In this document: positions 49,027 to 58,550 of the stretch, one piece after another
Numbering within the stretch: position 1 is the first letter of the stretch
How the letters are laid out: each line of letters starts with the position of its first letter
Assembly (NCBI GenBank): GCA_964407295.1
Contig: CAYOVE010000001.1
Location: 6,450-70,449, forward strand
From: an uncultured Terracidiphilus sp.
GTDB lineage: Bacteria > Acidobacteriota > Terriglobia > Terriglobales > Acidobacteriaceae
Length of the DNA: 64,000 bases
Direction: 5' to 3'
Made by a program: the position numbers and the translations under genes
The notes under the pieces: generated by a model
Told to the model about the DNA's origin: nothing
What the model saw: only the letters and a program-made list of their open reading frames with translations
Databases searched by the model: none

Positions 49027-49961
49027 TGTTCGCTCTCTTTCACGTTCCCGATCGCCGGGCCATTTGTTCGCCCTGTTGTTTCGAATTCGCTCGCCGGCGC
49101 TTTCCAGAAAACTTCGACGGCGCCGTCAGTACACCGCGCGAGCTGCGGGACGAAATCTTCAGCCCGTTGCCAATGCTCCAGTGCGAATCCCTGCTCGCAA
49201 TCAGCCGCGTAATTGAACTCGCCGGCAGCCGCCAGGCGGCCAAGAGTCTCGACGCACTCGATTCCCTCCGCCTTGAACTCCGGCAGATTCACTTCAAACG
49301 ACAAATAGCGGACGGGACGCTTCAGGCCTCTGATCACGTTCAACTCATGCCCTTCGACATCGATTTTGACAAAGATCGGAACTCCGTGCGTGGAGATCAG
49401 CTCTTCGAGCGTCGTGGTCTCGACCGTCTTCTGTTGCGTAAATTCCAGACCGAAGTGCGCATGCGAATGGCGCTCTTTGTGTTCATGGAGCGCCGTCGCC
49501 CACTTTTGGCTGAGGGTATTTACCGCCGACCCCGGCCCGTCAACCCACATCGTTTCCGTCGCACTCTTGTCGCTGACCGCCTTGCCCACGATAACGATCG
49601 GCTTGGGGGCAAATCGAAGCTTTCGAAATCTTTCTTGTAAGATTGCCTGATTCGTCGGGTCAGGTTCAAGCGCCACCACTCGTGCTCCCAGCCTCAGGAA
49701 AAGGTCTGCCTTAAAGCCCTCGTTTGCGCCGATGTCGAAGATAAGGTCGCCGGGACGCAAATCCGAAAGCAGGGATCGATAAAAAGCAAGCTCCTTTTCC
49801 CTGGCCAGAATCCAGCGATTGCCCGCGAATCTCCAATAGAGGTCACGGGCGCCTGACGTCCTGAGCCTGTGGTATAAGCCAGCGCGTTGCAGGAGTCTCT
49901 TGAGGTGCGATCTAGGTGATTTCATCGTTCTTGCGCGCCCGTCCGTGGATTCTTGTGTCAT
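49023..49961 (-). CDS. FkbM family methyltransferase
   Basis: FDIGANEG, ALEP, KIDVEGHE. Confidence 0.9.
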   Translation of the reverse strand: MTQESTDGRARTMKSPRSHLKRLLQRAGLYHRLRTSGARDLYWRFAGNRWILAREKELAFYRSLLSDLRPGDLIFDIGANEGFKADLFLRLGARVVALEPDPTNQAILQERFRKLRFAPKPIVIVGKAVSDKSATETMWVDGPGSAVNTLSQKWATALHEHKERHSHAHFGLEFTQQKTVETTTLEELISTHGVPIFVKIDVEGHELNVIRGLKRPVRYLSFEVNLPEFKAEGIECVETLGRLAAAGEFNYAADCEQGFALEHWQRAEDFVPQLARCTDGAVEVFWKAPASEFETTGRTNGPAIGNVKESEQ

Positions 49962-49996
49962 CGGAAGCTGAGACTGTGACTGTTGCCGCCGTGCGG

Positions 49997-50641
49997 TTAA
50001 TCGGCTTGTTGCCGAGGCTTGAAAACCAGGACCGTGGGCAACGCAGGCAGGTCGAACTGCTTCGACTCCACAACGTCAAACTCGCGCTTCATTAAATCCA
50101 TCTTCGACGTCACGCGGGTCTTGATCACACCTGGCCGATGATCTCCGGCGTATAGGCGGACAATAAAGACACCGGTGTTTTTGAGATTTTTTGAGAATTT
50201 ATTCAGAATCGGAAGAACCTGACCGAACGGAACATGGTACATGGATTCGCGAAATAGGATGATGTCGAAACTCTGGCTGGGTTCGTAACTCAGGAAATCG
50301 GAGTTGACGAAGCTGTTCTTGCTCTCCCGGCCGTTCTCCTTCGAGCGCTTAACAGCCTTCGCCAGAGCAGCTTCAGAGATATCGACGCCGATGTAGCTTT
50401 GATAGGCGTTCGCGGCCAGCTCATTCGCAGTATTGCCAGGGCCACAGCCTAGATCCAGAATGTTCCCGTTGCGCGCGTACTTTTCAAGGAACGGATACAC
50501 GCAGTCGCCGGCCGTGTTATCGATGAAATCCCACTTGACCCCGGAAAACTCCTTATCCCAGAGTCGCTTCTTGAGATTGGATGGACCATATATTTTGAGA
50601 AAAGAGGAAATATGCCTCTTAGTGGTTTCCGCAACTTTCAT
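49997..50641 (-). CDS. Class I SAM-dependent methyltransferase
   Basis: ILDLGCGPG, GVDISE, FDIILFRESMYH. Confidence 0.88.
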   Translation of the reverse strand: MKVAETTKRHISSFLKIYGPSNLKKRLWDKEFSGVKWDFIDNTAGDCVYPFLEKYARNGNILDLGCGPGNTANELAANAYQSYIGVDISEAALAKAVKRSKENGRESKNSFVNSDFLSYEPSQSFDIILFRESMYHVPFGQVLPILNKFSKNLKNTGVFIVRLYAGDHRPGVIKTRVTSKMDLMKREFDVVESKQFDLPALPTVLVFKPRQQAD

Positions 50642-50838
50642 GGTTTGTTCTCCTGTAAGGTTTCTACGTTTGGAACGTGCGGTTCGGAGGGTTGATACTC
50701 GTTCGCCTTGTTGTCGTCAATCGATACTTGCTGTCACCGCTCGAAGCTTTCTTGGGCCACTGTATTCGCTCAGCGTCGGCTTCCCCGGATGGGCGAGGAA
50801 TTGCTCTCATGCGTGCCGCAGCAGGGCAATCTGTTCCT

Positions 50839-51069
50839 TCAGGCGGTTACGCCGTGCTTGCTCAAAAGCGCACGGATCGCGTCAAGATTTCGAAAATGAT
50901 CGGGGATCATTTCCTCCACATCAATAAAGACGCTATAGCGTTCTTCAAGCGCAGCCACAAGGGTGGTAAGGTCAACCGAGTCGAGAACACCTTTGGCGAA
51001 GAAGTCATCTGTTTCCGAAAAGTTCTCCCCGGGGCGAATGTCGTTTAGGATCGCGATTAGGTCCTGCAT
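50839..51069 (-). CDS. Acyl carrier protein
   Basis: 76-aa acidic protein with a GVLDSVD phosphopantetheine serine motif. Confidence 0.88.
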   Translation of the reverse strand: MQDLIAILNDIRPGENFSETDDFFAKGVLDSVDLTTLVAALEERYSVFIDVEEMIPDHFRNLDAIRALLSKHGVTA

Positions 51070-51097
51070 AGTAAATTAGAGCGCCGGTGCTTCGCGC

Positions 51098-52798
51098 TCA
51101 ACTCTCCTCCTTAAGGCGAATGAACGGCGGCGCGGCCACGCGGGCCGGATCAATGGCTGCTCCATCGACGTTGAGGTACTTTGCGGCGAAGAATTCCCTC
51201 GCTGGCGCGTTTCGCGGACCTTCAGTTACTGGCGCCGTCAGTTGCTTGGCACCTGAAAGTTGCGCCCGAGCGATGACAAACGCAAGCAGCAATTCCTCAA
51301 CCTTCTTGCCCATGACCCGGCAGCTCATAACAAAGTCCACGATTCGAGCCTGCCGACCGCGGCGCGATACGGTGACCAGCCCAGTAAGACCGGAATCGCC
51401 AAATCGGTCAGAAACATGGAAAACATAAGCATCGTTGCCCTGCTCGGAGGCCCAACTCCAGAAACTGCTCTCGTCCATTCGGCGCAGAGTGAGGTTGAAC
51501 TGGTTGGTTTTATTCAGCAGCTGGGCCGCTCGGCTCAGATTCTCATGCCGCAGGGGCGCGGCCCGAACCTCAATCTGCAGCGATTGCAGCCAAGTACCTA
51601 TATCGCCGCTCAACTCGAGGGCTTGCTTGCGGCCGCGCTCTGCATGATACATTTCGGTGCGCCCCGCATCCTCACGCCCCAGCGACGCCGTCTCGAAGCA
51701 CGGGAGCGATAAGACAAAAGGCGCGAGTTCGGCCGGCGATTGGGGCGGATCCGGTGTGTAGACCTGGGGAAGTACCTGGCGAATCTGCTCGCGCTCTTGC
51801 GGACTGTCGTCGATGAAGACGAATGAATCGAGACCCAGATTCAGTTCCTCGGCAAGACTTTGCAGGTTCTCGGCCTTGTCCTTCCAGTTGATTTGCCAGG
51901 CGGCAAAGTCGCGTTTGCGCAGGACCATCGACGGGTGATCTTCAATGACCGACAGTGCGAACTCCTCATTATTCTTGCTGCAGATAGCGAGTAATATGCC
52001 ACGCGAGGCCAACCCCTTGAGAGCGGCCTGAAAGGCAAGAAAACACTCCCCTACCGGGTCGGGTGCTCCAAGCTTAATGGCGTGCAAGCCATCGTCGCCT
52101 GCCACGCCTCCCCAGAGCGTGTTGTCCAGATCGCAGACGATCACCTTCTTTGCCAGACCAAGGGACCCTCGCAGGACGGCCTTTATCTCGGCGGCGGCCT
52201 TCACCAACAGCGGCTGGGAGTAAAGAATCTTTGACACCGCATACATGCGAGGGTCATGCGCGGGCCGTCCCAGGCCGGCTTGCCAGTTCCCGGCATCGAG
52301 CAAGACGATATTGGGTGACTGCGAGAATTTTTCGGCCAGCAGCAAATTGGCCCTGGCAAGCAGGTTCGCGAGACCGGAACCTTGCCGCCACGTAAGCGTC
52401 TGTATCCAGCGCTCATAACTCGGCAAAATCCAGGATGGCACGAGCACGAACGCGACGCGGCTGGCTGCTTGCCGGACTGCATCTGCGAATTGCTCAGCCT
52501 CACGCAAGGCCTCTTCGTGTTCCGCTGACTCGAATCGCATCACTTTGCCCACCGAGGGGAGCGTGAGGTGTGGTGCGGTCCATACCACTAGGCAATCCGG
52601 ATTAGAGGCCCAGGCCGGATGACTGGCATCGAGCAGGACCTGATAGATTTGGCCGTAAGGCGCGACGGAGCATCGCAACTCGGGGGTCTCCGGACTCCGC
52701 TCGAGCAGGCGCGCCAATGGGTCGAGCGTTGTGTCGCCGGCCAAAAGTATGCGCTGCACCTTGGCATCGCCCGTACCATTGCTGTTGCCGGTTGTCAT
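51098..52798 (-). CDS. fkbH: FkbH-like HAD-IIIC glyceryl-ACP loading enzyme with extra N-terminal domain
   Basis: DLDNTLWGG, CSKN, INW.DK, FIDDSP.E, KTNQFNLT, DRFGDSG, MSCRV. Confidence 0.9.
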   Translation of the reverse strand: MTTGNSNGTGDAKVQRILLAGDTTLDPLARLLERSPETPELRCSVAPYGQIYQVLLDASHPAWASNPDCLVVWTAPHLTLPSVGKVMRFESAEHEEALREAEQFADAVRQAASRVAFVLVPSWILPSYERWIQTLTWRQGSGLANLLARANLLLAEKFSQSPNIVLLDAGNWQAGLGRPAHDPRMYAVSKILYSQPLLVKAAAEIKAVLRGSLGLAKKVIVCDLDNTLWGGVAGDDGLHAIKLGAPDPVGECFLAFQAALKGLASRGILLAICSKNNEEFALSVIEDHPSMVLRKRDFAAWQINWKDKAENLQSLAEELNLGLDSFVFIDDSPQEREQIRQVLPQVYTPDPPQSPAELAPFVLSLPCFETASLGREDAGRTEMYHAERGRKQALELSGDIGTWLQSLQIEVRAAPLRHENLSRAAQLLNKTNQFNLTLRRMDESSFWSWASEQGNDAYVFHVSDRFGDSGLTGLVTVSRRGRQARIVDFVMSCRVMGKKVEELLLAFVIARAQLSGAKQLTAPVTEGPRNAPAREFFAAKYLNVDGAAIDPARVAAPPFIRLKEES

Positions 52799-53784
52799 CG
52801 CTCCGATTCCTTCGCGGGCCGAAGATCGTCGGGCCGTAGAGATGCCTCGTTAACAGGAACGCGGCCGTAGATGGTGATTCCTCGGCGCGCGGCCTCCATC
52901 AAGCGCTCGGTTACGATTCCCGCGCGGGTGACAACGAACAGCGGCACACCGTGGTAGCGCCACTCCACGAGCTCCTCTTTAGAGAGCAGCGACCAGAGCA
53001 CCCTGAGATCCAATCGCCTCGACCGATCGGGAAGTCCAAGCTCGTAATCGAAACGCTCTCCATCGTAGTCAATCAGCGTGACCTTGGTCGTGACGCTGGC
53101 GAACTTGATCGGGTACTTGTCGGCCAGCGCGTGGCCTGCCGTGTGCGCATGAGTAAGGCAACGAAAGTACTCGACTCCGACTCCCAGAATTGCCGTCCTG
53201 CGGCGAGTCATCACTCCGAATGGGCTGTCCGGGCTGAAGCCAGTCCGCGCCAGGCGGTGACCAGCGGTCAACTCCGCCGCCAGGGGCCCCAGAGCGCAGA
53301 CGCTTGCCGTGGGATGAAGGCTGCGCAAGACGTTTGGCGTGCGGCGAAACATCTCCGCCAGCAACCCCATCTCCGACGGCGTGCGGCGAACGTCGAACGG
53401 GCGTTCCTGAAAATATGCCTTGGTGTCAAACTCGCGGCCGCCCATCACGAACGAGGGCATCACCAGCGTCCGCTGCGGCCCGCAGATCCCGATGAGCGCG
53501 GCCAGAAGTTCAGCCGGGGTTCCCTTGTACATCGGCAAAAGCCCGTCAAAGGAGCTATGTACCATCAGAACTTCAAAATCTTCCGGCAACCGCCGCGCCA
53601 GTTCTTCGCGTAATTCGCCGGCGCTGAAGGTTCCGTGAACGAGCGACAGAACCGGCGCAAGTCTCTTGCGCGCCTGGCCTTGCATGCGCTTCAGCCTGGT
53701 GCGCAAATGCTGACTCAGACCACGCCGAAGAGCCGCGCGGACGCCGGCCCGCACCGTATTAAGCCCTCGCGATGCAACCCTCAC
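52795..53784 (-). CDS. AAC(3)/YokD-family N-acyltransferase
   Basis: MVHSS, LVMPSF, TPSEMG..AE.FR, RSLHP..S, SPF, LGV. Confidence 0.85.
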   Translation of the reverse strand: MRVASRGLNTVRAGVRAALRRGLSQHLRTRLKRMQGQARKRLAPVLSLVHGTFSAGELREELARRLPEDFEVLMVHSSFDGLLPMYKGTPAELLAALIGICGPQRTLVMPSFVMGGREFDTKAYFQERPFDVRRTPSEMGLLAEMFRRTPNVLRSLHPTASVCALGPLAAELTAGHRLARTGFSPDSPFGVMTRRRTAILGVGVEYFRCLTHAHTAGHALADKYPIKFASVTTKVTLIDYDGERFDYELGLPDRSRRLDLRVLWSLLSKEELVEWRYHGVPLFVVTRAGIVTERLMEAARRGITIYGRVPVNEASLRPDDLRPAKESER

Positions 53785-54011
53785 CGCGGACCGTCCGCAG
53801 CAGCACGTATAAACCCTGATAGCATGCTCAACACTTTCATTTCGCCGGTGGCGGTTTCATCTCGGACAACACTGATTGGAGCGTGATCGATAAAAATCAG
53901 CCGGCAAGAGTGCCCGCAGCAAAGGGCTATAAGAACGCCGCCAAACTCATGCAACTGAAGGGGGTCGGCACGCCGCCGTCCAATCAGGAAGGACATTCCA
54001 TAAGCAACCGG

Positions 54012-55046
54012 CTATGCGCTCTTTAAAAAGCCTTCGTCGAACTTGCGGCCTTCAATCTGGAAAAGAGTCTTTTCCCAGCGCCGTATCAATGACCATTTCA
54101 TGCGCGGCAAAACGATTTGCGCCCGCTTTGCCTGCTGTCGCCCAAACAGTGCAGCGATCCACGAATACTTCCACGAGAGCTTCGGAGGTTGCAACGTCCC
54201 ACCCAGGCTCGCAGCCATTTCTTCGGCTTGCCTAACCAGGTCTGGCCGTTCGGGATAAAAGAAGAACAGCCAGTTTTGGAGATAGGTCACACACGCGTCC
54301 CGCACTCTTGGGCTGTCCTCGAGCGAGCGAATGTAATTGATGTGCAGCTCCATTGAGTGCCACTGCGCCAAAGCCTTCTTATCGGAGTGGCCTATGTAGC
54401 TCAAGCTGCCCGGGCCCGAAGCGCGATAGTAAACTCTTGCGCCCGGCACAAACCGGACGCCGCTGCTCGCCAGCAGCACGCGGCAAAAATACTCGCCGTC
54501 GTCATCTCCCAATAATCTGGTATTCCATGGGCCGGCCGCCTCCGCCAGCTCGCGGCTTACTAGCCACGAGGCCGTCTGCATATAAAGGTTCAATCGCATC
54601 TTGCGCAGCAGCCATTCGACAGGAGAAAGGTCGCACCACAAGGCACTGGGAATGAATTTGGTCCGATAGTAGCGGTACATGAAGTTTCCCCAGCTGCCGG
54701 ACAACAACGTCCGTTTATCCGGAGATTGTCCCAGGGCTTCCATCTGACTGGCGATTTTCTCCGGCCCCATAAGATCGTCGGCATCCAGATACTGAATGTA
54801 ATCTCCCTTGCATAACGAGAAGGCGGCGTTCCTGGTTGCGGCTGCGCCTTGATTCTTCTGTGTCACGACGCGGACCGTCTCAGATTCGAATTGGCGGGCG
54901 ACAGCCAGCGTGCCATCCGTCGAACCGTCATCCACAACGATGATTTCCTTTGGCTCCCAGGTTTGTGCGACCGCGGAACGAAGGGTGTCAGAGATCCATG
55001 CCTCCGCGTTGTACGCGGGAATCAGAATTGATACCAGAGGTTTCAT
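54012..55046 (-). CDS. Glycosyltransferase family 2
   Basis: LVSILIPAYN, VDDGSTD, QYLDADD; start 55046 or 55055. Confidence 0.9.
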   Translation of the reverse strand: MKPLVSILIPAYNAEAWISDTLRSAVAQTWEPKEIIVVDDGSTDGTLAVARQFESETVRVVTQKNQGAAATRNAAFSLCKGDYIQYLDADDLMGPEKIASQMEALGQSPDKRTLLSGSWGNFMYRYYRTKFIPSALWCDLSPVEWLLRKMRLNLYMQTASWLVSRELAEAAGPWNTRLLGDDDGEYFCRVLLASSGVRFVPGARVYYRASGPGSLSYIGHSDKKALAQWHSMELHINYIRSLEDSPRVRDACVTYLQNWLFFFYPERPDLVRQAEEMAASLGGTLQPPKLSWKYSWIAALFGRQQAKRAQIVLPRMKWSLIRRWEKTLFQIEGRKFDEGFLKSA

Positions 55047-55223
55047 AAGGGCCATTTCTCCTGCATCCTCGCCGTGACGCCGCCCGTCAACCGGGTACCC
55101 GACTGCTCCCGAGTCGCTCGCAGCTCTGCGTTTCCCTCGCGACAGGGCGCAGTGCCAGGGCAAATCACTGCATTGAGAATCCACGCTGAGGGAATTGCCA
55201 AGAATATCGGCGCGCGCGTGACT

Positions 55224-56681
55224 TCAGCGGGTTAGTTGGTTAAAGGCGGTATAGATACTTTTTCTTTCCGGGATAAGTATGTCGCTGGCAGACGTTTTTT
55301 TTGCTGTGCTGCTGCGCGAAGCAACGCCACTGGGCTTTTCGCTGCGGATGAGACCGGCGGCGATCCCGCTCGCGCCGACAACGGCCAATAACAGGAAATC
55401 CCATATCGGATCCAACATTCTGAATCCAGCTTCGGTGACGCTGTAGACCGCGGCGGCGATGATATAAGCCAGCATCAGCGCCCCGAGGGATGAGTTCACT
55501 CGAAACGCCGACCCAGCACGCAAATAACCGTTCACCAGAATCAGTGAGATTAAGACCACTCCCACCCAGCCCAGTTCCAGGTAAACCTCAACATAGCCAT
55601 TATGAGCTTCGTTGAGACCTTCGGGGTGCCACCAGCCCTCGGACCGCATCGTGTCCTGAGCTATCAGAACGCTCGGGCTGATCCAGAAGCTCTCGAATCC
55701 CGCACCCACGATCGGGTTGGGCGCCGCTGGAATCAAGGCCGACCAAATCATAGTTCGGCCCGAAAGATTCGATTTCCTGCCCAACGCAGTTGCAACGTCT
55801 CCTTCGCCACCAGTAAGGAAAGCCAGTCCCCCGGTAGCCAGGATTGCCAGACAAATCATGTGCACAAAAGCAGGCCGGATTCTGACCACGCGCAGGCTCG
55901 TTGCGAGGATAAGCCCGCCACCCAGGAGAAAGCACACGATCGAGGTTTTGGAGTCGGCCATATCCAGGAGCACGATTTCGAATGCAAGCAGCACACCTTG
56001 AGCAATCAGATGCCGCCGGCGATTCGGCTTGCCCTTGTCACGAAAAAGAGCCAATAGGCTCCATACTGTGCCCAGTGAGATCACGAGCAGGATCACCCCG
56101 AGCAAATTCTTGTTGGTTGTCACGCCGGTGTTCATCTGGCCCCCATCAGGGTCGTAGTTACGGCCGAGGAACCCGTAATACTTGATAAGTAAGATCGATG
56201 TCGGAAAGAGCAGAAATCCAACGCGGGAGAAAACGCGAGTCAGGGCATCTCGTATCTCGGGTTCGGTCACAATGACCAGCACCATAGCCAAGTCACCGAT
56301 CGCCTTCACCCACCGCTTCAGCGCAATATCCGGATGGTACGACCAGAGCACACTGATGAGACAAAAAGCGACGTAAAGCAATATCGGCCAGTTTGCCAAC
56401 AGTAGGTTGCGCGTGCGGCGGCCTCGGAAAATCAAGACACCGATCGCGGCAGCAGTAAGAACTCCGAAGACAGCCGCGTCAACCGGGCTCCCCTCGAATT
56501 GCGATTCATAGTCACCGGGATTAACGCCGAGCCAATCCGACACCGGTCTCGATCCAATAATCCAGATCCAGATCACGGGAATCCATAGAGCCTTGGAGGT
56601 GCGCAAAGAACTGTCCCGGTCGAGATAAAACAGACCGGCAATTCCGCAGGCGCATATCAGACTGGCGAGGGTGGGATTCAT
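55224..56681 (-). CDS. O-antigen ligase/polymerase (Wzy_C domain) family membrane protein
   Basis: Multi-TM; NKN.LG, SKT, LSGR..IW, G.GFESFW, AHNGY.E. Confidence 0.88.
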   Translation of the reverse strand: MNPTLASLICACGIAGLFYLDRDSSLRTSKALWIPVIWIWIIGSRPVSDWLGVNPGDYESQFEGSPVDAAVFGVLTAAAIGVLIFRGRRTRNLLLANWPILLYVAFCLISVLWSYHPDIALKRWVKAIGDLAMVLVIVTEPEIRDALTRVFSRVGFLLFPTSILLIKYYGFLGRNYDPDGGQMNTGVTTNKNLLGVILLVISLGTVWSLLALFRDKGKPNRRRHLIAQGVLLAFEIVLLDMADSKTSIVCFLLGGGLILATSLRVVRIRPAFVHMICLAILATGGLAFLTGGEGDVATALGRKSNLSGRTMIWSALIPAAPNPIVGAGFESFWISPSVLIAQDTMRSEGWWHPEGLNEAHNGYVEVYLELGWVGVVLISLILVNGYLRAGSAFRVNSSLGALMLAYIIAAAVYSVTEAGFRMLDPIWDFLLLAVVGASGIAAGLIRSEKPSGVASRSSTAKKTSASDILIPERKSIYTAFNQLTR

Positions 56682-56723
56682 TCTAGTCCGATTCCGGCGG
56701 GGCCGGCACCTGGCAATGAACTG

Positions 56724-58541
56724 TCATGCGGCATCCACGAAAAGCCGATGCAGCAGCTCGAGCGAAAGCAGGCGATGTATTTCGGTGGTGTAGTTCCGAT
56801 TTCCCTTGAGGTGACCACGGACAACTGCCTCAACGGCGGTTCGATTCAGGTAAGGCCGCGCCAGCGAACGGGGATCGAGCAGCATCTGCTGAACGTATTC
56901 CGCAAGGATGGTCCTGTACCACCAGCGAAAATGAAATAACTTATGGCGACCCATCCAAAGGCGCTCCAAATGGAACGGCGCGAATGCATGATCGACTTTG
57001 GCCACCCACTGGGGCATGCCGTAGTCGTAGGCATATTCGGCTTTGAATGTGAATTCCAGGTAAGCCCGGTTGACTGCAGCTGCAAAGCGATTGGAACCGC
57101 CAAGCCCTCGGTCGGTTCGCAGTCGCGCCAGCGCCGGGCTTCCGTCGCGAATCAGGCGAAGTCTCACGTCTTCACCGCTCTTAACACGCGGAGCCCTGAA
57201 TACCGTTTGCACGATTGCATTATCGAGGTAAGGCGCACGAATCGTGAGCTGTGTCTGCTCCATCATGAGCACGCCGACGTTGTATGCCGCTGGCTGACGG
57301 AACGCTACCATGCTCGTTGTGTTGCCACGACGTTGATCGCTGTACGTTTCAGCCGCGCGCGAAACCTGCGTCATAACCTCTGGCTGAAACACATCAGTCG
57401 CGGGCATGACAGCTTTGAACATCACGGCGTCGCTGATGATCTCGCTCCCGAAAGTTCCGACCATGCGCACCGGTGCGACTTGGCGCGCCATTCGATTGTT
57501 ATATAGGTCCGCAGACCGGCTGATGTCGACGCTTCCATCCGACATATAGAGCGTGCTTTCGGCGTATTCGGGGAATCGGGCCATACACGCCCCGTCGACC
57601 GTGATCAGTTCGTAGGACTGACCACAGATCTTCGCCACGCGCCGCGCCAGGTAAACATCCTGGTTCTCGCGGTACATGCTGCCGAACGTGTAACAGGGCA
57701 GCGAACCTGCCGGCGCCTTGCGCCAGGCCATGATAATGCGTGTGTCTAGGCCGCCGGTGAGCGAGACGCCGATTTTCTCCGGCCCGTTGAAGTAACGCGG
57801 CAGCGTATTGGTGAAGGCATCGCGCAGCTGCCGATAGTAACTCTCAGCGTCGAGCGGCTCTTGTTCCTCCCACTCACGCGGTTCAAAATAGGCTGTCTTT
57901 TTCTCGATGGTTCCGTTACGAAAGCTCCAGGCGGAAGCGGGCGGGAGGGCGTAAATTCCCTGAAAGAGCGAGCGGTTCTCCAAAACGCAGCCGCAGGCAA
58001 TGTATTCGCCGAGCCCGCGGTGATCTATGCTGCGCAGTTCAGGCCGAACTGCCAGAATCGACTTGGCTTCAGCTGAAAAATAGAACCCATCTTGCGCTTG
58101 ATGGTAGTAGATTCGCTGCAGCCCAAAGCGGTCATTGAACAACGTTGCAGTTCGGCGCGGACGATCGACCACCAGCCCATGGAACCGTCCATTCAGGTTT
58201 CGCAGGAAGTCCGGGTCGTCCTCATAGAGATGAACCAGATAGCCTGGGCCGGCCTCTTCGCATGCATGCCCTCGCTCTTTGAGTCGGCGAGCGGTGCCAG
58301 GCTCGGGATAATCCTCGCCAGAAAAAACCAGCACCACATCGTCCCGTTCATTGCGAATCGGCATTTCGGCGGCGAAAGAGTTCTCGCGCGCCACCCACCC
58401 AACGTAGATTCCAAGAGATTCGTCAATCCATGTTCCGGATACGTAGAAAGGCTCGTGAAGCAGAACTTTGACCATTTGGTCAAGCTGCCGCTCAGCCCAC
58501 TCCCTAGGTTTTCTTGTGATGAGTCCTACGATTCCAGGCAT
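56724..58541 (-). CDS. Asparagine-synthetase-like amide ligase lacking the N-terminal catalytic Cys
   Basis: MPGIVG start, LNG.F, DRFG..IY, FSAEAK, PP-loop SLTGGLDTR, R.PYLDN. Confidence 0.85.
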   Translation of the reverse strand: MPGIVGLITRKPREWAERQLDQMVKVLLHEPFYVSGTWIDESLGIYVGWVARENSFAAEMPIRNERDDVVLVFSGEDYPEPGTARRLKERGHACEEAGPGYLVHLYEDDPDFLRNLNGRFHGLVVDRPRRTATLFNDRFGLQRIYYHQAQDGFYFSAEAKSILAVRPELRSIDHRGLGEYIACGCVLENRSLFQGIYALPPASAWSFRNGTIEKKTAYFEPREWEEQEPLDAESYYRQLRDAFTNTLPRYFNGPEKIGVSLTGGLDTRIIMAWRKAPAGSLPCYTFGSMYRENQDVYLARRVAKICGQSYELITVDGACMARFPEYAESTLYMSDGSVDISRSADLYNNRMARQVAPVRMVGTFGSEIISDAVMFKAVMPATDVFQPEVMTQVSRAAETYSDQRRGNTTSMVAFRQPAAYNVGVLMMEQTQLTIRAPYLDNAIVQTVFRAPRVKSGEDVRLRLIRDGSPALARLRTDRGLGGSNRFAAAVNRAYLEFTFKAEYAYDYGMPQWVAKVDHAFAPFHLERLWMGRHKLFHFRWWYRTILAEYVQQMLLDPRSLARPYLNRTAVEAVVRGHLKGNRNYTTEIHRLLSLELLHRLFVDAA

Positions 58542-58550
58542 GCGTTTTGT

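Noticed and set aside
49023-52798. PKS extender-unit (methoxymalonyl-ACP) cluster
   Set aside because: No FkbI/FkbK-like dehydrogenases and no ketosynthase in the window
52795-53784. Aminoglycoside resistance gene
   Set aside because: It is embedded with FkbH/ACP in a biosynthetic operon with no mobile context; a biosynthetic role is more parsimonious
53781-53996. 71-aa minus-strand ORF whose stop overlaps the AAC(3) start
   Set aside because: It fits the gap but has no motif or clear RBS; it cannot be supported without homology or expression data
56724-58541. Lasso-peptide cyclase or other RiPP system (Cys-less AsnB; ATP-grasp elsewhere in the window)
   Set aside because: No B1/B2 proteins or plausible precursor peptide are visible, and the neighbours are glycosyltransferases
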